Positions 1-9,843 of a DNA stretch of 64,000 nucleotides are shown here, piece by piece. Within the stretch, counting starts at the first letter, position 1. Every line of letters begins with the position of its first letter. The stretch comes from Basidiobolus meristosporus CBS 931.73 (Eukaryota; Fungi; Basidiobolomycota). The stretch spans positions 1 through 64,000 of the forward strand of contig MCFE01000115.1 in assembly GCA_002104905.1 (NCBI GenBank), written 5' to 3'. A model generated the notes under the pieces. That model did no database searches. It was not told the DNA's origin and worked only from the letters and a program-made list of their open reading frames with translations. The position numbers and the translations under genes were made by a program.

Positions 1-7
1 GTCTTAC

Positions 8-41
8 TTAAACGGGCCTCTATATCTTCGTGGTTAGACAT
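8..41 (-). CDS. Possible first exon of a gene running off the left edge (MSNHEDIEARL...)
   Basis: ATG at 41 in an AATATA-ATG context, followed by a GTAAGA donor-like site at 7. No homology recognised. Confidence 0.25.
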
Positions 42-858
42 TATATTGAAGAAATCCTATAGCATGCAGGTCGAATACATGTCTGTGAATGAGTGATGAA
101 GGTAACCCAAACAATTGAACAACCCAAAACAAACAATCATGAAGAATAGGTGAATACCATCGTGAATACCACGGCATAAATTTAGTCACTCTTGATGTTC
201 TGGTGCTGGAATTATCTAATATGGAATGAACTGGCATCAATGCCTTCTCTTCTCCGACAGGGGGAGAGCTCAAGGCCAGGGATCCTACAGCGAATGAAAT
301 GTTGAGAAATCAAGAGAAAAAAAGATTAGTCGGGCTATCCAATCAACACTGAATACCTAGACAGGGGGCAGCGAACAAATTTGCTGGGATGGCTTGATAT
401 AAAATTAACCCCCCAAGCCAGTTGCTCCTTCAGAACACTAGCAAAGAATCGCGATTCGAAGCATCACCTACTGAAAGGAAGTTTACTTGCCTTTGGATTT
501 GCTTTGGGGAAAGTCCTCGGACCTGTGGTAGAAAGTACCGTCTATAATTGATCATCCGTTTGCTTGGTTTGGTTGGCATAGATGGAGAACATCCGGAGCC
601 TTAAGCCAGATTGCTTACGGCCGTTCGTCATAGCACAGTAATGCGATTGTGGTTCAAGAACCATAACACAACGGGGCTCACTCTTGCAGTGTTCTCACCT
701 TTTTCGTTTCATTCCCCTCATTGGCATGCCGTCCAGTGGACTTTATACTCCATCTGGTAGGGGTGTGATTGAGGAGAAGGAACCTAGAAGGTCAGTTTCT
801 ATGGCGTATCTACAAGGTAAGCAGAGTATCTAGTTATTGGAAGTTACTGGAGTGATGC

Positions 859-1139
859 TTTTTGAATTTCTTCACCTGAAAATAAGATGTGGTTTCATTA
901 ACCGAGCTTTTTAACCCTGACCATTAACTTCCTCTATTGAATACCCGTATTCTTGGAACTCTACTAACTAATCTATTGTTCAATAGATGTTTCCGATCAT
1001 GTGAAGTGTCCATCATCGTATGAACATTAACGTAAGTTGCGTTCCATTACCCATCACTTTTCCTGGGAAAGATGTTTTTTGAATTTCTTCACCTGAATAC
1101 AAAATGTGGTTTCATTAACCGAGCTTTTTAACCCTGACC
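859..1139. repeat. Dispersed direct repeat of about 64 bp (859-922 and 1076-1139)
   Basis: TTTTTGAATTTCTTCACCTGAA...ATGTGGTTTCATTAACCGAGCTTTTTAACCCTGACC occurs twice, 217 bp apart, with few mismatches. Confidence 0.85.
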
Positions 1140-1616
1140 CATCACTTTGTTTCCTACTTCAACCCAACTCTACATTTGGCACGATTCTAATCAACTTCAC
1201 AGTTATGTAGAATGCTATGGTGATTGCGGGATATATTTGAATGATGAACCAATTAATCAAAAGGCTTAACCATTGAGGTGATTTATCACCGAAGATACTT
1301 GATTTGTTCTGACATTACAACTTCTTGCAAAGAGTGGTCTCTTACAATTGGGTTCGATTCCCATATTTGCTTACATATATACTAATACATATGGAGGAGA
1401 GGTGGCAATTATGTTGTTCGTCAGCGGGGTTGCATACATGTCCTGTAGAACATTGTTCGTAATTGCCATCTGAAAAAAAGAGATTTGTGAATACATATCT
1501 TATAAAGCGTTTATTTATATACATCAAAAGCCAACTGTATGTTTTTGCCTATCGCTCCTATGTTGAAGGGAGGAGTGGAAGGTATGGGGTTGGTTATGGG
1601 AATTGATGAAATACAA

Positions 1617-2929
1617 TTATTTCTTGGCGAATGTGATGTGAACTTTGTGTCCGGGCTGGATTTCGTATTCCTTGAGAGCCTCTTTGGCTACAGCCGCTTG
1701 ATGCTCATTATCGTATTCGACGAATGCTATATCCAATTTCCCGGGAACAAGACGAACCTCCTTGAATCCCATGTACCTGTGTTGGAAATGGTGACGGCTT
1801 CATTAGTTTACTCATGGGTCGATACTTCGATATATCTCACTTACGTTTGGAAAATCCCAGTTAGCATTGCTTCGGTAATACCAGCTGGAATATTTTGAAT
1901 GAACAAAATCTTGTTAAGGTGGAACATCGGATCTCCCGAGTACATTCCTACACCAAAGCGCCATCAGTAAAAACACTTGAAATCCTGCTCTGCTGTGTCT
2001 GATAGTACCTTTAGAAGACCCATTGGATTTGGGTTGTGGTTTCGCCGAGATAGGTCCACGCTTTTCTAAAAGGCGTGGTTAACTATTGTTTAATACTGGC
2101 AACCTATACCAAAACAAATTACCTTTTTCCTCTAAACGTCTTTTCTTGTGTTCTTCGAACTGGTCCTCTCCTTCTCTCTTGACAATGGCGTCCGATTTTC
2201 CTTTAGAATATTGAAGTAACTAAAAAAAAGCTTAGTCCGAGGGCACATCGAAAACCCGAGCACGTACACCCCTACCAATTGTCTGTTACGGTGAACAAAA
2301 TGCTGCGCTTCCTCCAAGGCTTTGGTAGCACTTTCCTCCTCATCGTACACGATGAAGGCCTGCCCGCGCATACGAAGGTTGGCGTGTGCTACGATTTCTA
2401 CGATCTTCCCGTATTTTTGAAATATACTTGATAGTTCTTTTTTCAGCTCTAGTGGGTAGAAAGATTTTTAAGTGGTGTGCAGCGTATGGGGGAATATTCC
2501 GGATTAACGGGAGTCTAGGTGAAGCATACTGCTCTCTGGTTGATACTTACTGGGAATCTTGACTTTTTCGTCGATATTACGAATATATAAGGTGTTGCTG
2601 GGTGTTTCTGGCGCTGGGTCTTTGGGAGTGGGTGCCGTGATCACCGGAATAACAGGTGGTACAATAGGGGCCATTCCTGGCATAGGGAACGCACCTGGAA
2701 CAGGTATAAAGGGTGGCTGTCCGGGAAGAGGCACGGGTGGGAACGGTGGTTGCCCGGGTAAAGGAGCACCAGCTGGTAACCCAACAGGCATCGCGGGAGG
2801 TGGTGAAGTCAGTCCCGGTTGAGGAGCAGAAAGAGGATTCTGACCTCCAGGGGTCGATGCGGGAGAGATGGTTGTTGGGTTAGCCGCGGGGTTGGTACCG
2901 GTTATCTCAGGAGTCGAAAGTTGGCTCAT
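1617..2929 (-). CDS. U1A/U2B''-family snRNP protein with two RRMs (multi-exon)
   Basis: RRM1 reads NTLYIRNIDEKVKIP...NLRMRGQAFIVY...QYSKGKSDAIVK. RRM2 reads GFKEVRLVPGKLDIAFVEYDNEHQAAVAKEAL...ITFAKK*. Both match SNRPA/SNRPB2 consensus. GT-AG introns. Confidence 0.9.
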
Positions 2930-3689
2930 CCTGTGCAATGGTCGGAATGTGGTGTTTTGAACTTCGTAATTTTACTTCACTATTAGCAAATCTAAAATCT
3001 CTTTGGGATTTCTAGCAAGGGACTGTCACGATCGTTGATTGATAGCCTGCAAAACGGGGATTTTGCACTTCAACGTACAGAAGATCACTGGAAAAAAAAT
3101 ACGTGTTTTCCTAGAAATTGGGTATGCTTCACACAAGGAAAGAAATTCATCCTCATCACATGATCCCGCCAACGTTTTCTCTTCATCCTTCCCAAATCTA
3201 ACTCTACTTATGCAAACAGATATGCAAATCGATTAACATTCGATCCCTGGCCCAGGACATGTCTACAATTTCCGAGATTGATTGAGCTGGTAGAAAATCA
3301 GGTAATTTGGTTGCTTTTGAGAACATCAAGGGAACAGGATACACAGAGGTAACCATTTAAGGGAAAATTCGGTTTAGCTCGAGTGCATATAATGATTCCT
3401 ACTATGCAAACCAGATTAAATGCCCATTCCTGTATTTCAATAATTAATGAATGCGAGAGCCGGTCATGTATAGTCGTACATCTCACTAACGGGAACTTTT
3501 ATTTAATATAATTAAGCTCTTCGTGGGGGGGGGGGGGCTGCAATAACTTACATTAGCATTATTACTGAGGTATAAACAAACTGGATTGTTTGTTCTGAAC
3601 CGTTCTCCAGAGTTTCTACTTTATGCCGCTCTAGAGACACTCTTCCGTTTACTGCTGTAAATTTTTGGTTTATCTACCCTTATACAATA

Positions 3690-5197
3690 ATGAAGCTTTT
3701 CGAGACTCGAAATACAGAGTTTTATAAGGTGACTGGCTCCGTGTCAGCCAAAGTTACTCTTCTGGGGATTCAGGAATCGCTTTTACAAGAAGCAGAGAAG
3801 AACATTCTATGGTATCGAATGCACTTCTTTGGTCAAGGTATTGATATCCTCCCTTTACCTCCTTTGCCGCGTTGCAAGCTAAAATAAAGACCGGACCCGC
3901 CAGAACACCAGAATTACCTTGCTTTACAAAGCCCCGAAGGTCCCATATCCATATCTACCGTGGAGGATACGAGCAACAAAAAATTCCATATACTTATAAG
4001 AACAGCGCAGGTATTTCGGGACGTAGGTCGAACAAACATGCTGTTCTTTTTCATTAACTCGCATATATTATTGAAGGGAACAGAGTTTCACTCCTTAGAT
4101 GCCGCCTGCATCCACAATCCTTGGTATCGGCGTTATTTATCGTTACCCCCTACAATTAATACCATCCTCCGAGCTCTGCACTACTACCCCGAGTCCGCAA
4201 AACTCTATTTATGTAAAAATCCTATGCTACCTAACGGGCTTTTGGAGATGGAGGAGCGTCAGGTAAGACAGCTTTCATAGACTTTGAAGCTACGCTTCTA
4301 ATTCAAGGCACCAGGTCATCCGCAGCTACAAATTTGGGATAGGCTACCTTGGACCAGGTCAATCTTCCGAAGAACAGATGTATTCCACTCGAGCAGGTAA
4401 GCTTCGACCTTTCCAACAAGCCACAAACCAGAATCACTGATATCTATGGTGTTGTAGAGGAAACCTCCCCAGAATTCACCAAATTCCTCAATTTCCTGGG
4501 GGAAACAATTCGGTTGAAAGGATGGAAAGGGTATCGAGGTGGCTTGGATGTGATCAGTAAGTCCCATCACATGAAAGCAAATCCATCTCGTCAACAAAGC
4601 TCACTATTGTCTCGTGCTAGGCGATAACACTGGTGAGGAGTCGGTTTATACTAGCTGGCAAAACCACGAGATCATGTTTCACGTGACGTCCATGCTACCA
4701 TACAATGCTCGGGATGCACAGCATTTGGAACGTAAACGACACATCGGAAACGATATAGTGCTGATCATCTTCAAGGAGAGTGATGATGCTTTTCAACTGA
4801 GTACAATCTCTTCAAACCGAAACCATGTCGTGTGTCTGGTTACTCCGGCAGAAAGGGGCTATCAGTAAGTATGCTTCGCGTCATCGGGAGCATTGGACTT
4901 GTGCTAATCCTCCGAGCAGAATTGCTTTAGCATGCAGGAAGGACGTACCAACATTTCAACCCACGCTCCCTGAACCGTCGATTATCAGCCAAGATGCCGC
5001 TTCCCGTGACTTCCTATTACACATATGTAAGTCCCCCTTGCAACCTTATGGTTATTCATCATGTACTAACCAAATCCACCACCCGCATGCTAGTGATCAA
5101 TGCTGAGCGGGCATCGTACAAAGCCCCCGTATTTTCTACACAGATATCGCGTACCAGGTCAGTACTGCTGTATGATCTTGCCGAAAGGTTCATCTGA
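3690..5197 (+). CDS. RapGAP-domain protein (Rap1GAP-like, multi-exon)
   Basis: WYRMHFFGQ/EHQNYL; FTKFLNFLGETIRLKGWKGYRGGLDV; EIMFHVTSMLPY; LERKRHIGNDIVLIIF. These are RapGAP catalytic-domain motifs, including the Asn-thumb GND. Confidence 0.88.
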
Positions 5198-5218
5198 TGA
5201 ACTCTCCATGTAAATTCC

Positions 5219-5322
5219 CACTACATATGTAAAGTTCCAATAAAGACCAGACTAACTGTGGAATCATTGTTCACTACATATGTAAAGTTCTAATAAAGAT
5301 CCGACTAGCTGTGGAATTATTG
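5219..5322. repeat. Two-unit tandem repeat (53-bp period), each unit with AATAAA
   Basis: CACTACATATGTAAAGTTC(C/T)AATAAAGA...CTGTGGAAT(C/T)ATTG at 5219-5269 and 5272-5322. Confidence 0.85.
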
Positions 5323-5411
5323 CTTCTCATTTAATTGCAATTAACGAACTATATGACATACGCTGAGGGGAATCAGCAGGGAGTGGATCAATCTAACTAA
5401 TCATTAGGAGT

Positions 5412-6750
5412 CTATTTGGTTTCAACGAGTTGAGGGAATCCATCCGAATTTGGATGTCTGGCTTTCTCATGGAATTGACGTAACAGGGTGTCCACATTCT
5501 CCAAGCTTTGAGGACGAATGTCGGCCAGGAGTTTGATCTGGGCTGTGACATGTTTGACCTGGTCGTCGCTCAAGTCCAAACCGAGCTGCTGAACTCTGTT
5601 CTTGACGGCATTCCAACCAGTAAGTCTGTGGCCGATGGAGACGTATCTGGTCATACCGAAGTCTTCGGGCTTGAGAATCTCATAGGTGGATGGGTTGTTC
5701 AGGATAGCCTTGGCATGGATACCGGCCTTGTGGGTAAAGGCACAGTAGCCGGTGATGTAGTTGTTGAAGGGGACTTGGATGTCGACAGCCTCGGCAATGA
5801 TGTTTTCAATGTCACGAAGCATTTCGAGCTTGTATTTGCCCATGATGTAGTCCTTGTTTGCGACATACATACGAGCACAAAGGCCACCCAGAGGGGTGAT
5901 ACCGTTACGTTCACCAATACCTAGGACAGATGTATCAATGTGGGTGGCACCAGCTTCCAAAGCGGCATAAGCGTTGGCAATGGCACACCCGGTGTCGTTG
6001 TGGAAGTGGCACTCAATGTCGCAAGAGACGACACCGCGCAGAGTGCGAACCAATTCGTAGACCTGACGAGGGTTGGCACAGCCGACGGTATCAGCAATAC
6101 CGACACGGTTAACACCAAGCTTGTCGACGGTACGGTAGATGTTCAGGAGATCAACCAAATCACTACGGAAAGAGTCCTCACTGGAAAAGCGAACCTCCAA
6201 TCCGGTGGATTTGATGTAGTTTACAACCTCGGTGGCCTGTTGAGTGATGTAGTCCATATCCTTTCCGTGGGAGAACTTGCGGAGGAAGGAGGAAGTCCCG
6301 ATAACAACATCCAAGCCATCAACGCCTAGAATGGGATAAGTATGCAGATCTCACGACTATCAAGTTGACTGCTACATACCAGTATCAACGGCCATACGAG
6401 CATCGTCCATATGACAACGAACGTGAGTTAGGATCTTGGCCTTCAAGCCCAACTTGCAGATGGCAATGCAATCATCGCGGGATTGCTCAGATGCAGCAGG
6501 GGAAGTCAACTCAAGATACTCCACGCCAAACTCATCCAAGGCCTTGGCGATCTCAATCTTCTTGGCGGTATCGAAGAAGGCGTTAGCGAACTGCTCGCCC
6601 TCTAGACAAAGAGTTAATATGGGGACTCAGTGGAGCTTAGTTTGAGGGAACAGTACCTCTCAAAGTGGATTCGATGATGGCAAAGTTATCTACTCTGCTT
6701 AAAAAGTCGGACACAGAGCTAGCGTATGGGTTGTTTCTTTGCTCAGACAT
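5412..6750 (-). CDS. LYS20/LYS21: Homocitrate synthase
   Basis: [19 protein letters not shown]; [15 protein letters not shown]; [13 protein letters not shown]; [21 protein letters not shown]. Two introns in the 5' part. Confidence 0.96.
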
Positions 6751-7024
6751 GGCTGGAAGACGACAGGGAGGAGATTCGATGAAGATTCGATGAAGATTCG
6801 ATAAAAACCAGCGGGCCGGCACCTCACAGTTTATAAACGAAGCGTCCGGTTGAATGATCATAAAACTCGAGAATCCTCCGAGAACCCCCCTTAGTAATTG
6901 ATTCTAAACCAATATGTTATCTGATGGCTCAAAGCTGATACAAACTACGGGAACTTTGATTCGACAAACACAGTGGAGATTACTCTTGCGTGGTGAAGTT
7001 GTAACACTGAGATTGGATATAAGA

Positions 7025-7042
7025 TGAGTCAGGTTTGAGTCA
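7025..7042. promoter_or_regulatory. Tandem Gcn4/CpcA (AP-1)-type sites
   Basis: TGAGTCA at 7025-7031 and 7036-7042 (ATGAGTCA and TGAGTCAT), about 280 bp upstream of the homocitrate synthase ATG. Confidence 0.6.
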
Positions 7043-8332
7043 TATTGAGGCCCGCGAATTCATTAGTTAATTAGTTACGATTATCGATCATCTTCTGCAG
7101 TAGGGTTCAGTCAAGAGCAGCATGAATGCCAAAAACCTGGCCACAAAAAGCCCATAAATTCACGTTACAACCTCGATGAATTAAGTAAGACACCTGTGAC
7201 GAGCTACCAATTTAGCCACACTAGACAAGTCATGGGGAGACCTTTTCGACTGGAATTCCTTAATTGGCCCTAGGGGATTTGGGCAATGATCCGGGGAGGG
7301 TCGGATATGGGATATCATGGTGAATAACGCACTATGACTAATTTTGAGTGCGTAGTGATAATATGGGCTTTGCGGTGATCTCGAAATTGGGATAATATGG
7401 AGGCGTCACGATCACAATGGGCTATTGGCCAAACAGAACATAAATACACTTCTCTGAAACATGATTCGTGACAAGCATGTGAAGTTTAGTGTGTTTATCT
7501 TTGATCCACACATACTGAAGGTGCAGCGTAAAGCACATGAGCCAATTGCTTTGTTTAATACAACTGAAGGCTGAAGACGCCACAGGCGACGCCTCTTGCA
7601 GATATTGTTGGTCGAGCAACACGCTATGATATGGGAATTTTTCCAGTCCCGCCTTCCTGAGAAGTTGGGTGTTTGGATTGAAATATGGTTAGAAGGAAGA
7701 TGGGCGGCAACATACAGCAAACACTTGGTAAAATACGGTGCGTGCAGCAGAACTAGGATCATGATCACAATGCTGGTGGGTGCGGTTGCATATGAATCGA
7801 GTGTACCATCCTTTAGGAGAGTGGTGTATAGTATCGATGGAACATATTTCGACGGAGGTCAGAAAGCACGCCGATGAATGACAGGGTTCATTACGCTTAA
7901 ACATGATTCCAAACATTGCTTAAACGAATCGCATGAAGATCAGCTTCAGGTTGTCTGCAAGCATGATGTGTTGTTGATGAGCACCATAACTATATTACTT
8001 CCGTACTTTGATCTGGAAGCTGGCCCCGAGAAAGCACCATGTTATAAAGAGGATGGCCCCTTGATAAACACAAACATAAGGATCTCGATCGCAAGACACT
8101 CCTGCTTTTGAAGGAAATTTATTTATTGCTCCAAAATATATGATGAGAAGGCAATACTGTGAAAAGGAAAGATTAGTTATTCTAGAATATGTATCTCTTG
8201 AGAAGGGGGATTAGGTAGTCTAGTATTACATTATGCTAAGTGGGATTTCACTCGAAAAGTGGATGCATGGTGGTGACATATGAACAATGAAACAAAGGGA
8301 TGTTGAGTGCAATTGGTATATCAAGATAGATA

Positions 8333-9280
8333 TCAACGATGGTGTTGGGCAAGTTCATGAGCTGGGGTCCTTCCAAGCACATCGTCCCGAGTGGTTTCTG
8401 CAGCAGCAAGTATTCTCTCTCTCAGTTTGAGGGATACGCCCAGGTCCTTTGCGGCCTTCATTAGATTCTTCATCACTGCGTCGAAGTGGAAATCGTTTAG
8501 GTCTAACAGACGTCTGTGGGCAGCACGCATTTTAGCCATGTTGATCTTTTTTCCGCCGAGTAAATGGACCAAGAAGGTTGTCTGCATACGCTGAAGTCTC
8601 TCGATGTTGATCCCTTGGAAGAACACCCGGGTTCTGCGATCAGTGAGGTTGTAGTGATAGAACTTCTCCACCATAAGTTCTACGATATCTTCGCCCAAGA
8701 TTTCCAATATGGTAGGCTCGTTGCACTCCGCCTCTTTTGGAATCTCGTACGGATTGACCAAAGGCTGACTGAAGGGGCATTTGGAGGGATTCAGTTGCTT
8801 GTCATCTGGACGACTATTCCTATCTTGGCTAGCCAGCTTTGAGTGATCAAAAGGGCATCTTCCAGGAGACTTTGGAGACCTCAGCTCTCCCGAGATCGCC
8901 GATTCATCAACCGGGCATCTCTCCCTTGTTGCTGATGGGCTGTGTGCTTTGTACAGGCTCGTTTTTGTAACCTGGTTTTCCTGCATCGCCGCGTAAGGAG
9001 AGATTTTGGCATGAACCGATAAGTTAGCAGGGAGGGGATCTGGTTGTTGGAGGAACTCAAAGTCAGTCTTGGATTTGGTAAGGTCATTGCAGGATGCATA
9101 TTTTCTCAGGAATTTCTGTTGAGCGGAGGCTTTCTTAGAGCCGAAGATATTTGAGAAAAAGCCCATGTTGCTGAGAGTGAATTCGAGTATGGGGCTGCTG
9201 TGGTGGGCCATCCGCTTATAAACTGCCATCTGTGCACGAGGATCTAACGTGGTTAAAGTACAAGATAGACCTGGACCCAT
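8333..9280 (-). CDS. Group-1 truncated (2/2) haemoglobin with a long N-terminal extension carrying three Cys-Pro motifs; intronless
   Basis: C-terminal domain VEKFYHY..RVFFQGINIERLQRMQTTFLVHLLGG..MRAAH..FHFDAV fits the trHbN pattern. Upstream motifs RCPV, RCPF, KCPF. Alternative start at 9166 (MGFFSNIFGSKK). Confidence 0.85.
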   Translation of the reverse strand: MGPGLSCTLTTLDPRAQMAVYKRMAHHSSPILEFTLSNMGFFSNIFGSKKASAQQKFLRKYASCNDLTKSKTDFEFLQQPDPLPANLSVHAKISPYAAMQENQVTKTSLYKAHSPSATRERCPVDESAISGELRSPKSPGRCPFDHSKLASQDRNSRPDDKQLNPSKCPFSQPLVNPYEIPKEAECNEPTILEILGEDIVELMVEKFYHYNLTDRRTRVFFQGINIERLQRMQTTFLVHLLGGKKINMAKMRAAHRRLLDLNDFHFDAVMKNLMKAAKDLGVSLKLRERILAAAETTRDDVLGRTPAHELAQHHR

Positions 9281-9843
9281 CGATCCGAAGTTCCTGGTAA
9301 AATGAGCATTAGCATGTATTACATGGATGCATGAAATGGATCGATCTGGACTTGGTCATCGATGCTTCTCCGCTATGTCCCTGAGCACAACGGATTCTAG
9401 ATTCTGCTTAAGTTAGTGAGCTTTCAGAAACGCGTTTATCGCTATGAATTTGAAATAGAAGTCGGCCTATGATTGCCATGTTGCGTTGGAAATGGAAGTC
9501 TGCTGTGTGACCTCCTCGGACTCGCAACACCTTAGCCCCATATGGGGTGGGTGAGAAGTATTGAGATTATCGAATGTGAGATTGTTTATGAGTTGTACAG
9601 GCTTGGTTCAAGATTGGCTGCTTAGATTAATCAATCACCATTATGCATGTGATCATTGCTACAGCTGACGCTCGTTCATCCCTTCACGTCTCTTTGGCTT
9701 GAACAGTTGATTTGAAATATGCTTGTCCAAAAGTCCATATATAGATGAAGGTTGTGGAGGTGTGGGTTGACCAGGTTCGTTTGCTGGGAAGGTATGACTC
9801 AATATGCTTCAGCTTAGCTTTTAAATACTATCTGTTGCCTTGA

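Noticed and set aside
720-760. Minus-strand QMEYKVHW resembling a chromodomain
   Set aside because: Followed by a stop within four codons, with no remaining chromodomain or retroelement context.
1400-1617. U1A autoregulatory PIE element (AUUGCAC boxes) in the 3' UTR
   Set aside because: Only imperfect single matches (ATTGTATT, ATTGCCAC) and no paired stem structure seen.
3525-3537. Poly-G tracts (also 24774-24784 and about 50957-50964) and CAG, CTC and CAT microsatellites
   Set aside because: Simple repeats with no supporting evidence of function; homopolymer lengths may be assembly-dependent.
5219-5322. Repeat-spacer appearance suggesting a CRISPR array
   Set aside because: Only two abutting units, no unique spacers, no cas genes, and a eukaryotic context.
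5508-6329. Long plus-strand ORFs opposite homocitrate synthase; similar shadows at 18191-19102, 20713-22062 and 22986-23507
   Set aside because: These are antisense shadows produced by strong C-ending codon bias in highly expressed genes.
7412-8111. Long near-open frames on both strands (for example plus 7461-8111 broken by only two TGA codons), suggesting Sec or readthrough
   Set aside because: No recognisable domain, splice pattern, codon bias or SECIS-like hairpin; compatible with chance in intergenic DNA.
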